Shown: positions 38,233 through 48,570, numbered from the stretch's first letter. The stretch is DNA of 64,000 nucleotides from an uncultured Candidatus Binatia bacterium (GCA_965200965.1 OZ241744.1:320001-384000), one strand, 5' to 3'. Notes: generated by a model from the sequence alone, not told the origin. Program-made: numbers and translations.

Positions 38233-39057
38233 TCAGGGCTTCAGGAATTGGCTCACAATGTCGGCCACCCGGTGGGGCTGTTCGAGCAGCAGGCCGTGCC
38301 CCGAGCCCGGAACTCTGAGCAGCTGAGCGCCGGCAATCCCGGTCTGAAAAAGCGGGCCAAGGGTGGGCGGGGCGAGCTTGTCCTGCTCAGCCCAAATGAT
38401 CTGGGTTGGCGCGGTGATCCGAAACAGCCGCTCTTTGAGCCGCGGGTTATACAGACAGGGCGGTTTCCAGCCCAGCCTGGCGGCGACCATCTGGGCTTTG
38501 TAGAACAGGAAGTTTGCCGCTGGAGACATGTCGTCGGGGATGGCTCCTCGTGCTAATTCGGAGTGTGGGTCTTGAAAGATCAAATCGCGCACTTCGTGCT
38601 GACCGCCCTCGGCTTTTGGCGTGACGGCATAAAAGAAATTGCCGATCCGCGCCTCGGGCGTCGAGACCCCGAGCGGGTTGATGAGCGCCAGCTTGCGCAG
38701 GCGGTGCGAGTAGCGGCTGGCAAACTCGGCAGCCACCCAGCCGCCTAAGGACGCGCCGACCAGATTGACCGTGCCAAGCCCCAGCGCATCCAGCACATCG
38801 AGGCAGAAAAAGACCGCGTCTTCGATGGTGTCAAGCTCGTCAAAGCCCTCGCTGTCGGCATAGCCGGGCAGGGCTGGTGCGTACACGGCAAACGCGGTGG
38901 CCAAGGCGTCGTGGAAGGCGGTGAAGCCGGTCGGCTCGGGCAGGCTGTGAATATCGGCAAGCACGCCGTGGAGATACACCAGGGGCGGACCGTCGCCGCC
39001 CTGTAAGAGTTGAATCGTACGACCACGGACACGAAGCGTCTCGATTGTCAAAGCCAT
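38233..39057 (-). CDS. Alpha/beta fold hydrolase
   Basis: LVYLHG, GASLGG nucleophile elbow, QD, GSGH. Confidence 0.88.
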   Translation of the reverse strand: MALTIETLRVRGRTIQLLQGGDGPPLVYLHGVLADIHSLPEPTGFTAFHDALATAFAVYAPALPGYADSEGFDELDTIEDAVFFCLDVLDALGLGTVNLVGASLGGWVAAEFASRYSHRLRKLALINPLGVSTPEARIGNFFYAVTPKAEGGQHEVRDLIFQDPHSELARGAIPDDMSPAANFLFYKAQMVAARLGWKPPCLYNPRLKERLFRITAPTQIIWAEQDKLAPPTLGPLFQTGIAGAQLLRVPGSGHGLLLEQPHRVADIVSQFLKP

Positions 39058-39072
39058 GATATGTCTTTCCTG

Positions 39073-40302
39073 TCAGGCGTGGGCTTCGGGTTGAGTGTGG
39101 ACTCCGGGCAACCCGACAAACGCGGCATCGGCGTGTTTGCGGACATAGGGAAAGACATCCGTGGCCAGGAACTCCATGTTTTTGCGGGTCAGATGGTCGG
39201 GCAGGCTGCCGAACTGGGGCAGGGCGAGGATGTTCCCGACCTTGAACTCGAGCACATAGCGCAGCAGTTTTTCGCGCACGGTCTCCGGGCTGCCGATGAG
39301 GACCGAGCCGCCGGCCTCGACGTCGTCCCAGGTGGTGGCGTGGCCGAGTTGCCAGCGGGCATGACCGCCGCCGGGGTCGTTCAGTTTTTGCAGCCGCTCC
39401 AGTGATTGCAGCGAGGTATAGCCCGGCGGCATCCATGTCCGCCCCTTGCCGGCAAACCCCTTGAGGAGTTTGTCAATAAAATACCAGATATGCTCCTCGG
39501 CCTCCTCGCGCGCTTTTTGCTCGGTCTCGGCCACATACATGGGTACCAGCCAGCCCAGCATTTCCGGGTGGTAGGGATGTTTGCCGACCCGCTCAACCGT
39601 CTGCTGGAAGAAGGCGGCGTTCTGGCGGAACGATTCAACGTGGGAATAGGTCAGGGCGGCATAGGTGAAACCGCGCTCGGCAACCAGTTCCATGGTTTCT
39701 ACGCTGCCCACGCCGGGAATCCAGATGGGCGGGTGGGGTTGCTGGACCGGGCGTGGCCACACATTGCAGTACTGGAGCTGAAAATGCTTGCCGTCCCAGC
39801 TGAAGGGGCCCGGGTCGGTCCAGGCTTTGACAATCAGGTCGGTGGCTTCTCGAAAACGCTCCCGGGCATAGGTCGGGTTGATATTGTAGGAATAGTATTC
39901 CGGGCCGCCGCCAACCACAAACCCGGCGTCAAACCGACCCCGGAACATATTATCCAGCATGGCAAACTCTTCGGCGACTTTGAGCGGCACTTCGTGCAGC
40001 GGCAGCCCGTTGCCCAGGACCATCACCCGGGCGGTCTGTACCCGCTGGGACAGGGCCGCGGCGATCAGATTGGGCGAGGGCATAATACCGTAGGCGTTCT
40101 GGTGGTGTTCGTTGATGACCACCCCGTCAAAGCCGAGTTCGTCCGCATAGGCCAGCTGGTCAATGTACTGATGGTAGACCTGCGGGCCACGCTCGGGGTC
40201 AAACAGGCCATTTGAGCAGGTCACCCAGGCCGTGTCGTAGTGGTCCTCAAAGTTGTCTGGCAGGTGTGGCCAGGGCATCAGATGGAACATCCAGAATTTC
40301 AT
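39073..40302 (-). CDS. LLM-class flavin-dependent oxidoreductase
   Basis: ADELGFDGVVINEHHQ, PSPNL, AEEFAMLD, PRPVQQPHPPIW. Confidence 0.9.
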   Translation of the reverse strand: MKFWMFHLMPWPHLPDNFEDHYDTAWVTCSNGLFDPERGPQVYHQYIDQLAYADELGFDGVVINEHHQNAYGIMPSPNLIAAALSQRVQTARVMVLGNGLPLHEVPLKVAEEFAMLDNMFRGRFDAGFVVGGGPEYYSYNINPTYARERFREATDLIVKAWTDPGPFSWDGKHFQLQYCNVWPRPVQQPHPPIWIPGVGSVETMELVAERGFTYAALTYSHVESFRQNAAFFQQTVERVGKHPYHPEMLGWLVPMYVAETEQKAREEAEEHIWYFIDKLLKGFAGKGRTWMPPGYTSLQSLERLQKLNDPGGGHARWQLGHATTWDDVEAGGSVLIGSPETVREKLLRYVLEFKVGNILALPQFGSLPDHLTRKNMEFLATDVFPYVRKHADAAFVGLPGVHTQPEAHA

Positions 40303-40423
40303 CGCGCCTCCTCAGTGAACGAGCGTTCAGCGGTGGTCTACCACAGCCACCCGGCCTTGCAAAGGGCTGGCTCCTTAGATAAAATCTCTTGCGTAAGACC
40401 CGCCTGAAAAAAAGCCCCGTAGG

Positions 40424-42004
40424 ATGTCTCTCTCGCCTTGCACTCGGCAAGGGTTCCTTGTCTGCATTCTGATGCTGGCACTTGGAACCCGCCTGTACGG
40501 CATAGGCTGGGGTGGGCCGTTTGTCTACCATCCCGACGAGCGCCTGGAGGTTGGCCATGCCCTGCGGATGGTGGCGACTCGAGACCTGCACCCCCACTTT
40601 TTTCTCAAGCCGACTCTGTTTCTTTACATCCAGGCGGCTGTTTTCTCTGTCGTGCAGTATGTGGCCGATACGCCTGTGTCTGAGGAAATGTACAGCCGGG
40701 GGTCTGTGTCACCGGACCCGCCGGCCTCCGCTTTCCTGTACCATTGGTGGGGCCGTTGTATCGCGGCCGTGGTCGGCGGTTTGTCGGTGCTGCTTGCGTA
40801 TGCGATAGGCCGGCGGCTCTACCATCCTGGTGTGGGCCTGTGGGCCGCGTTTTTTCTGAGCATTACGCCGCGCCACGCCCTGGAGTCGCACTACGCCGCG
40901 GTTGACGTGCCAGTGACCTGTGTGTGCCTGCTGGCCCTGTTGTTTACCGTGCGGGCTTTTCAGGCTGGGGAACGCAAAGACTGGGCCCTGGCCGGCCTGT
41001 TAGCCGGATTTGCCGCATCCACAAAGTATCCGGGCGGCCTCATCGTGCTGGCGTGTGTGGTGGCCTTGCTCCTCTCGCCCCCCCCCCCCGCACCAGGCTT
41101 TTTGACCGAACATTCCTGCTCGGCAGTGCCGGTATTGGGGCTGCATCTCTCATTGGCTTTGTGCTGGGGACCCCTTACGCCGTGCTTGATTTTTCTCAGT
41201 TCTTTTGGCATGGGATTGCCTACGAATGGAACCATTACAGCACCGGCCACCCTGGACAGGAAGGCACGGCAAATCACTGGTGGTATCTGCGCAATACCTT
41301 CTTCCACATCCTCGGACCTTCCCTAGAGCATTCCGGCCCTCGTCGGGCTTGTGCGAAGCCTGCTTCGCCCTACTCGACAGGGGTGTGTCCTCCTCAGTTT
41401 TCCTCTGCTGTACTTTCTTTTTGTCTCCTCTTTTACCGTCCGCTTTCCACGTCAGATGATGCCGCTCCTGCCGTTTGCCGCGATCTGGGGCGGGCTGGCG
41501 TGTGACATGGCCGGGCGGTGGCTGGCGGAACGCTGCCACGCCTGGGAAAAGCCGGCCTTGGAGCGATTCATCATCCCCGGGCTCGTGCTGCTCGTTGGAG
41601 TTTCGCCCTTCTGTATGGTTCTCCAGGATAGTTATCGTTTCTCTTTGCCTGATACCCGCTCTGTCGCTTCTGAGTGGATTGAGAAGAATCTTCGTAGGGG
41701 CACTCTGGTGCGTGAAGAGTTTACCCCGCAGGTACAGAATCTTCCCGTCTCACAAGTGCGCTACGATCCCTGGGGCATCGCCAAGCGGGAACTGGAGGCA
41801 TGGCGGGCAGAGGGAGTGAGATATCTGATTGTCAGTTCGTATCTATACGGGCTCTATTTTACCGACCCCGACAAGTATCACAAAGAGGTAGAAGGGTATC
41901 AGCGGATTTTTCAGCTCCCCCTGGTAGCCGAGTTTGTGCCCGGTAAGACGCTCCGGGGACCGCGTATTGGCATCTATGCGCTTGGCGAGCCAGGAGCGCG
42001 CTGA
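40424..42004 (+). pseudogene. GT39/PMT-like (ArnT-type) membrane glycosyltransferase, frameshifted at a C12 tract and again near 41325
   Basis: YHPDE, PHFFLKP, SHYAAVD, TKYPG in frame 1; GTPYAVLDF...WWYL in a shifted frame; FPRQMMPLLP, DTRSVASEWI back in frame 1 after TAG 41324-41326. Confidence 0.75.
41078..41089 (+). repeat. Poly-C homopolymer (12 C)
   Basis: Counted directly; coincides with the frameshift. Confidence 0.9.
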
Positions 42005-42051
42005 GCTTACTGGGCTTTGTGGGTGCAGGCCGCGGGGAGCATTCTTGCTTG

Positions 42052-43533
42052 TCAGGCCGACGCAGTCGTGCTCCGCTCCTTCCCGCTGGCCAGCTTCCAG
42101 CGGTCGCCAAGTTCCTCAGAGACGGCAAGCAGGGTCTCACGCAGGCTTGTGACCATCTCGTCGATCTGCTCTCTGGTGATGATCAGCGGGGGACACAGGG
42201 CGATGATGTTGGCCCCGCCCATGCGGGTCAGCAGGCCGCTGCGCAGCGCCCTCTCCCACACCCGGGCCACTACCTTGGTCTCAGCGGAAAACATCGCTTT
42301 GGTCTGTTTGTCCCTGACCAACTCAACGGCTGCCACCAGCCCCTTGCCGCGCACATCGCCGACAATCGGCAAGTCCTTGAGCGTGGCCAGCACCTTTTGC
42401 AGATAGCGGCCCTGCTCACGGGCTTTCTGTACCAGCTTCTCGCCTTTGATGATCTCCAGATTGGCCAGTCCCGCGGCGCACACGGTGGGGTGGCCGGTAT
42501 AGGTGTAGCCGTGCCAGAACGCTTGGTCGCCGGCCTTCAGAAAGGTCTGGAACATCTCTTCCTTGAACAGCACCACCCCGAGCGGTAAATAGCCGCTGGT
42601 AATGCCCTTGGCCGAGACCAGGATGTCGGGGCCAACGCTGGCCGAGGCAAACATGCTTCCGGTCCGGCCAAAGCCGGTGATGACCTCGTCACACACCAGC
42701 AGGATATTGTGCCGGGTGCAGAGTTCACGGATTCTGGGCAGCCATTCCTTGGGCGGAACGATCACGCCGCCCACGCCCTGGATTGGTTCGGCCACAAAGG
42801 CACCGATCGTTCCGGCTCCTTCGCGTTTGATGATCCGTTCCAGTTCATTGGCACAGTCCACCTGACAGGCGGGGTAGGTCTTGCCCAACTCACAGCGGTA
42901 GCAGTAGGGCCGGGCCATGTGGATGACGCCGGGCAGCCCCGGCTCAACCTGCTCGTTGAACAGCCCGATGCCGGTCAGGCTGGCCGCCCCGCTGGAGGTG
43001 CCGTGGTAGCCCTGCTTGAGCGTAATGAACTTGGTCTTCTTCGGCCTGCCCTTGGCCTTCCAATAGGCCCGAACAAGGCGAATCATGGTCTCGTTTGATT
43101 CGGAGCCACCCGAGGTAAAAATCACCCGCCGCAGGCCCCTTGGTCCAATTTTGACCAGCTTGGTGGCCAACTCAACGGTCGGGGCCGAGGTCGGTCCGAT
43201 GAGGGTCGGGGCAAAGGCGAGCTGATCCATCTGCGCGGCAACCGCGCGGGTAATTTCTTTGCGACCGTGGCCGACATGCACATTCCACAGCGAGGCCAGC
43301 CCATCGAGATAGCGTTTCCCATCCATATCCCACAGATAGACGCCCTCGCCCCTGACAAAGATGGGCAGGCCGCGCTCTTGGTGCATGCGCAGCGGCACAA
43401 AGCCATGCACCAGATGAGCCTTGTCCTGTTGCTGTAAGGCTTTGGCCTGTTTGCTATTGATAGGGGTCGCCGCGGTAGTGGACCGGGGGCGGAGTGGAAT
43501 AACCGTGGCCGATTTTTTTGCTGTGTGTGACAT
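42052..43533 (-). CDS. Class III PLP-dependent aminotransferase (omega-amine transaminase-like)
   Basis: YLDGLASLWNVHVGHG, SGGSESNE, GYHG, EPIQGVGG, DEVITGFGRTG, SAKGITSGY, HGYTYTGHP; GGGAGG RBS. Confidence 0.92.
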   Translation of the reverse strand: MSHTAKKSATVIPLRPRSTTAATPINSKQAKALQQQDKAHLVHGFVPLRMHQERGLPIFVRGEGVYLWDMDGKRYLDGLASLWNVHVGHGRKEITRAVAAQMDQLAFAPTLIGPTSAPTVELATKLVKIGPRGLRRVIFTSGGSESNETMIRLVRAYWKAKGRPKKTKFITLKQGYHGTSSGAASLTGIGLFNEQVEPGLPGVIHMARPYCYRCELGKTYPACQVDCANELERIIKREGAGTIGAFVAEPIQGVGGVIVPPKEWLPRIRELCTRHNILLVCDEVITGFGRTGSMFASASVGPDILVSAKGITSGYLPLGVVLFKEEMFQTFLKAGDQAFWHGYTYTGHPTVCAAGLANLEIIKGEKLVQKAREQGRYLQKVLATLKDLPIVGDVRGKGLVAAVELVRDKQTKAMFSAETKVVARVWERALRSGLLTRMGGANIIALCPPLIITREQIDEMVTSLRETLLAVSEELGDRWKLASGKERSTTASA

Positions 43534-43573
43534 GCCCTTCCTCCCTGTGGCTGACGTTGCGCCTGCCTGCGCA

Positions 43574-43604
43574 TTGACAGCGTGCTCTTTTGAGGCACTA
43601 TACT
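43574..43604 (+). promoter_or_regulatory. Putative sigma70 promoter TTGACA-N19-TATACT with an imperfect dyad in the spacer
   Basis: TTGACA gcGTGCTCttttGAGGCAC TATACT, 50 nt upstream of the AKR start. Confidence 0.5.
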
Positions 43605-43654
43605 CCTTCTGTTCCATTCTTCTAATAGCATCTTCTGGGAGCGGAGGAAGAGAT

Positions 43655-44671
43655 ATGAAAACGCGCCGCCTGGGCCGAACCGGGCTCACAGTGTCGGAAA
43701 TTTGTCTTGGAACGATGACCTTTGGACGCCAGTGTGACGAAGCGTTGAGCTTCGCCATTATGGATACCGCGCTTGAGGCTGGGGCTGATTTTTTTGACAC
43801 CGCGGATGTCTATCCGGCCGGCGGGGACGCCTCAACGGTCGGCCGGACCGAGGAGATTGTCGGCAGGTGGCTCAAGGGCAGACGCGGGCAGATTGTCCTG
43901 GCCACCAAGTGCTGGGGCGCAATGGGGCCGTATCCGAACGACCGCGGCCTGTCCCGCAAACACATTCTGGCCGCCATAGACGAGAGTTTGCGCCGGCTGC
44001 AAACCGACTACATTGACCTCTACCAGGTCCACGCGCCGGACCCTGACACCCCGCTGGACGAGACCCTGGCTGCGCTTGACGATGTGGTCCGGCAGGGCAA
44101 GGCACGCTACATCGGGTGTTCAAACTTTCAGGCCTGGCTCCTGGCCAAAGCCCTGTGGACCAGCGATATGCGCCGGCTGGCCCGTTTTGACTGCGTGCAG
44201 CCGCGCTATAATATGCTGTTTCGGGAGATCGAGCATGAACTGCTGCCGCTCTGCCGCGACCAAGGCGTCGGCGTTATCCCCTATAATCCCCTGGCCGGCG
44301 GCTTTCTGACCGGTAAGCACCTGGGCAGCCGGGCCGACCAAGCGCCCTCGGCCAATACACGCTTCGCCCTGGAGGGCCAGGCCGGCAAAAGGTACAAGCA
44401 ACGCTACTGGCAGGAAGCCCAGTTTGCCGCGGTGGCTCACCTCCACGAGTTCTTTTCGACCCGCAACAAGCCTCTGACCCAGGTCGCCATTGCCTGGGTC
44501 CTGGCCCAGCCCGGGATTACGGCCCCGATTGTCGGCGCGACCTCGCCCGAGCATCTGCGTCAATCGCTGCCCGCGGTTGAGTTGAGCCTGGACGAAGAGG
44601 AGATGGCGGTGTGTGACGCGGTGTGGTTTGCGCTGCCCCGGCGGGCCGACCCGGCGGTCGCGCTGCGCTAG
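43655..44671 (+). CDS. Aldo/keto reductase
   Basis: LGTMTFG, FDTADVY, LATK, LQTDYIDLYQVH, GCSNF, PYNPLAGG; GGAGG RBS. Confidence 0.93.
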   Translation: MKTRRLGRTGLTVSEICLGTMTFGRQCDEALSFAIMDTALEAGADFFDTADVYPAGGDASTVGRTEEIVGRWLKGRRGQIVLATKCWGAMGPYPNDRGLSRKHILAAIDESLRRLQTDYIDLYQVHAPDPDTPLDETLAALDDVVRQGKARYIGCSNFQAWLLAKALWTSDMRRLARFDCVQPRYNMLFREIEHELLPLCRDQGVGVIPYNPLAGGFLTGKHLGSRADQAPSANTRFALEGQAGKRYKQRYWQEAQFAAVAHLHEFFSTRNKPLTQVAIAWVLAQPGITAPIVGATSPEHLRQSLPAVELSLDEEEMAVCDAVWFALPRRADPAVALR

Positions 44672-44676
44672 ACCCC

Positions 44677-45918
44677 TCACAGCATTTCGTAAAAGCTGCC
44701 CTCGCCGGGCACAAACAGGCGGCTGTAGAAGCGCATCGCGTAGGAGTCGGTCATGCTGGCCAGGAAGTCGCAGATCACCCGTTTGCGGGCCGGCTCATCG
44801 CCCTCACACAGGGCGCGCTGATAGTGCTCGCCCTGCTCTTCGGGCAGCAGGCCGACCGATTCCCGGCCCTGGTCAAGGACCTCAAACAAGCGCTGCAAGA
44901 CCTCTTTGCCCTTGTAGCTCAGGGTGTTGACGCGCGGGTTGCGGATCACCTTCTGCGATTCAAAGGCTTTCAGCACCTCAATCCGCACCCGCTCGGAGAA
45001 GGCGGCGTCAATGCGTCCGTCCGACTGGCGGCTGACCGTGGTGGCAAAGGCGCAGATGAGATCGCGGGTCAGCATCTTATGCGATGGCTGGCCGGCCGCA
45101 CGTTCCAGAGATTCGAGCTGGGCCGCAATCTGGATGAGGACCGCCCGGACCGTTTCGGCGTCAATCGTCTGTTGCCAGGCGGTGAGCGCGGCGTTGACCT
45201 CGGCAAGCAGCCCCTGGACCGGAACGCGGTGAAAATCGGCCACCGTGACCAGCCCGGCCTGGAGGCTGTCTTCGAGGTCATGCACCGAATAGGCGATGTC
45301 ATCGGCCACGTCCATAATCTGGCACTCCGGGCTGCGCTGCCGGCCGCTGCCAGTCGAACGGGTGATAGCCTCAACCAGCTCACGGTCTGCGGCGTAATAG
45401 CCCTTGAGCGGTTCGTGCCGGGCCGGCACCAGGATCTGGGGATCAAGACAGGTCTTGTACTTCAGCAGGCCGTCGAGGCTGGGGTAGGTGAGGTTCAGGC
45501 CGGCGTAGGCGCTGTGTTTGCGCTCCAGGCGGGTGACGATGCGGAAGGTCTGGGCGTTGCTCTCAAAACCGCCGCAGTCGCGCATGCAGGCGTGCAGCAG
45601 GCGTTCGCCGGCGTGTCCGAACGGCGGGTGGCCGAGGTCGTGGGCCAGGCAGATCGTCTCGACCAGGTCGGTATCCGCGCCCAGCGACAGCGCAATCCCC
45701 TTGGCGATCTGAGCGACTTCGAGCGAGTGGGTGAGGCGGGTCCGAAAAAAATCGCCCTCATACACCCCGAACACCTGGGTTTTGCCCTGGAGGCGACGGA
45801 AGGCCGCGGAGTGAATAATCCGGGCCCGGTCGTGCTCAAACTCGGACCGTCGGTCGTTGGCCGGCCGGGGCGGCTCCGGGGTGTGCCGGGGGGCGTGTGA
45901 GGGACGGGCAAAATGCAC
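44677..45918 (-). CDS. dgt: dNTP triphosphohydrolase (dGTPase, HD domain)
   Basis: HSAAFRRLQGKTQVF, RTRLTHSLEVAQI, AHDLGHPPFGHAGE, ADDIAYSVHDLED, DFLASMTD; GTG start after AAGGAGG. Confidence 0.92.
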   Translation of the reverse strand: MHFARPSHAPRHTPEPPRPANDRRSEFEHDRARIIHSAAFRRLQGKTQVFGVYEGDFFRTRLTHSLEVAQIAKGIALSLGADTDLVETICLAHDLGHPPFGHAGERLLHACMRDCGGFESNAQTFRIVTRLERKHSAYAGLNLTYPSLDGLLKYKTCLDPQILVPARHEPLKGYYAADRELVEAITRSTGSGRQRSPECQIMDVADDIAYSVHDLEDSLQAGLVTVADFHRVPVQGLLAEVNAALTAWQQTIDAETVRAVLIQIAAQLESLERAAGQPSHKMLTRDLICAFATTVSRQSDGRIDAAFSERVRIEVLKAFESQKVIRNPRVNTLSYKGKEVLQRLFEVLDQGRESVGLLPEEQGEHYQRALCEGDEPARKRVICDFLASMTDSYAMRFYSRLFVPGEGSFYEML

Positions 45919-46030
45919 GAGGCGGCCTCCTTTTGCTGGCCGCTCAGGATACACATGGGCGGGTGCTGTTCGCAAGCACCTGAACCCCTCAAAGGCTGGA
46001 CATTCTCCCTGGAGCGTGAATAATAATTCA

Positions 46031-46639
46031 GTGGAAATTGAAGAGAAAATACGACAACTCGCCGATAAGTACGCTTCCAATCCTGAGGCTCGTGTGAAGC
46101 AGCGTGTGGAGGAAATGGAGGCGGACGATAAGATCCATCGCTTGATCTATCGCCTACTTGGTGTAACCGATGAGGAAGGGAATCCCATAGATGTCTACCA
46201 GAACAAGGGACGATTTCTTTACAAATACGCGGGGTCATTTCTGGAAGAAGCGACGCAGCTTTGCTTTCGAGAGCGGTATCCAGACTCTTCTTCGACCCGA
46301 ATACCGAACACGTTGGGACTGCGCCCTGAGACGTTCGAGATTGATTGCCTTGTTGAAGACCGGGACGCCATAGAGATTAAGTGGCGTGACGCTCCAACGG
46401 ATGGCGATCATATCACCAAAGAGCATACGCGGATGCAAAACATCAAAGCTGCTGGATACAAGCCCATCCGTATAATGTTCTACTATCCGAATCGAGAGCA
46501 GGCCCGGCGAATCCAGAACACGCTTGAAACCCTCTACACTGGCGCGGGCGGCGAGTACCACAGCGAAAGAGCGCGTTGGTTTTCCCACACAGAAGCCTAT
46601 CCTCTTGATGAAGCAAATTGTGGAACTCGTGACGGATGA
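46031..46639 (+). pseudogene. ApaLI-like type II restriction endonuclease, C-terminally truncated/fused
   Basis: DVYQNKGRFLYKYAGSFLEEA, TFEIDCLV..AIEIKWRD..TDGDHITKEHTR, YKPIRIMFYYPNREQA; similarity stops near 46562. Confidence 0.8.
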
Positions 46640-47153
46640 AGGGGATTGGGTGCTAGACCCGTTCTGTGGCAGCGGAACGACGCTTGTTACGTCAAAACTC
46701 CTAAAGAGGAACGCAATAGGGATTGATATTGCTGGGGAAGCAATCGAATTGGCGAAACGAAGAATCGAAAGCCCTATTTTCACGGAATCGCTTCTCCTTC
46801 AGAAGGGTCGGGAATCATACCGTCAGCATGAATCTGCTGTCGCTGCCCATCTCGTGGGCGTCGCCTACACGCCTGTTCATCGAAACAGAGGCATTGATGG
46901 CCTGTTGAAAGAAGAAATCGACGGTTTCCCCGTCTTCGTTCGGGTCCAGCGTGAAGAAGAATCTCTCGGTCAGACCATCGCCGCTTTGAGGAAGGCGGCA
47001 AAGGATAAAGGCGCTTGCAGGCTCGTCGTTGTCGCTATGCGGGCAGATTTGATCGAGGACGATTGCTCGGCAGACATAGAAGTTATTCCATCGACCGCAT
47101 TGGCATTGAATGCCTGCACAAGCAGGAGAAGGTCGAGAACGGCCCGGCGGTAG
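46563..47153 (+). pseudogene. C-terminal half of a beta-class DNA methyltransferase
   Basis: AKERVGFPTQKPILLMKQIV..GDWVLDPFCGSGTTLV..GIDI; motif IV and TRD missing. Confidence 0.82.
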
Positions 47154-47205
47154 CCAAGCCCCCCCCGGCTATGCTCTAATCCCTCCCCGAAACAGGAGGG
47201 CTGCC

Positions 47206-48375
47206 ATGTCGATTGAAACCCTGATGGACAAAGCCGCGATTGTTGGCGTTGGGCACACCGAGTATTCCAAGGACTCGGGCCGCAGCGAGATCAGCTTGGC
47301 CATTGAGTGCATTCGGAACGCCGTTGACGATGCCGGCTTGCAGACCCGCGATATTGACGGCATCGCCAAGTATACGATGGACAATAACGACCCGGTCGAG
47401 CTGGCCGCCCACCTTGGGGTGCCCGATCTGCGCTTCTTTGGCGAGGTGGCCTACGGCGGGGGCGGTGGTCCGGTCGGCTCGGTCCTGCTGGCGGCTATGG
47501 CGGTGGCGACCGGCATGGCCGAGACGGTCATCGCCTTTCGCGCCATGAATGAACGCTCGGGCCGGGGCACGCCCCGCTTCGGTCAGGCCGCGGTCCGCCG
47601 CGGCGCGCCGGGGGGCGGGGCCTACCTCGAACCCTACGGGCTGTTCAGTCCGGCCCAGATGGTTGCCCTGGCGGCCCGTCGGCATATGCACCTGTACGAA
47701 ACCAGGAGCGAGCATTTTGGCGCGATTGCGGTTGCCTGCCGCGCCCACGCCCAGACCAACCCCAACGCGGTCATGCGCGACCGCCCGATCACGCTCGAAG
47801 ACCACCAGAACTCGCGCCTGATCGCCGATCCGCTGCGCCTGCTCGACTGCTGCCTGGAGACCGACGGCGGGGCCGCGGTGGTGATTACCAGCGCCGAGCG
47901 GGCCAAAGACCTCAAACACAAGCCGGTGTTCATTATGAGCGGCGGGTTTGGGGCCGGCGAGTGGAACACCCAGCGGGTGGTCAAGGACATTGAAAGCCGC
48001 GAGACCGAATCAACCGTGGTGGCCAAAGCCATGTTTGGCCGCGCCGGCATCAGCCATGCTGACCTCGATATGTGCTATCTGTATGACCACTTCACCCCAC
48101 TGGTCCTGATGGCCTTTGAAGAACTCGGTTTTTGCAAGCGCGGCGAGGGTGGCCCGTTTGTGTCGGACGGCAAGCTGCTGTGGCCGGACGGCAGACTGCC
48201 GTTCAATACCAGCGGCGGGAATCTGTCGGAGGGCTACATCCACGGCATGGAAAACATTGTCGAAGCCGTGCGCCAACTGCGCGGACAGGCGATCAATCAG
48301 GTCCAGGACGCTGAGATCGCCCTGGTGACTTCGGGTAACGGTGTGCCCAATACGGGCATGATCCTGCACAACTGA
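47206..48375 (+). CDS. SCP2-type thiolase / lipid-transfer protein (Ltp family)
   Basis: AAIVGVGHT, PLRLLDCCLETDGGAA, YDHFTP, NTSGGNLSEGYIHG, EAVRQLRG; AGGAGG RBS. Confidence 0.9.
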   Translation: MSIETLMDKAAIVGVGHTEYSKDSGRSEISLAIECIRNAVDDAGLQTRDIDGIAKYTMDNNDPVELAAHLGVPDLRFFGEVAYGGGGGPVGSVLLAAMAVATGMAETVIAFRAMNERSGRGTPRFGQAAVRRGAPGGGAYLEPYGLFSPAQMVALAARRHMHLYETRSEHFGAIAVACRAHAQTNPNAVMRDRPITLEDHQNSRLIADPLRLLDCCLETDGGAAVVITSAERAKDLKHKPVFIMSGGFGAGEWNTQRVVKDIESRETESTVVAKAMFGRAGISHADLDMCYLYDHFTPLVLMAFEELGFCKRGEGGPFVSDGKLLWPDGRLPFNTSGGNLSEGYIHGMENIVEAVRQLRGQAINQVQDAEIALVTSGNGVPNTGMILHN

Positions 48376-48570
48376 CTAGCCGTCTGGCCGCGGCCTATAG
48401 CCCGGACACTCCAGGACCGGCAGACGGGGGTATCTGGCATACCGCCCGTCGGTCTGCTCGGCCCGCAGGCAGTACAAAAATCGTGAGCCTTTTGCGCTGA
48501 TAATCTTGCGCGCGTAATCACAGCTGTGGCATAAGCCGGGTGGCGGCGGGGCTGGTCGGTGTGTGTCCAT
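48376..48570 (-). CDS. Small four-Cys hypothetical protein (64 aa)
   Basis: GLCHSC...GSRFLYC...YPRLPVLECPGY; AGGA RBS; last gene of the MCE operon. Confidence 0.7.
   Translation of the reverse strand: MDTHRPAPPPPGLCHSCDYARKIISAKGSRFLYCLRAEQTDGRYARYPRLPVLECPGYRPRPDG

Noticed and set aside
44677-45918. dGTPase as an anti-phage nucleotide-depletion system
   Set aside because: Host-like codon usage and ordinary Dgt motifs; adjacency to the R-M remnant alone is not enough.
17037-47153. The two MTase fragments as halves of one split gene
   Set aside because: They are 29 kb apart with core genes between; the C-half belongs with the ApaLI-like REase; nothing indicates a shared origin.
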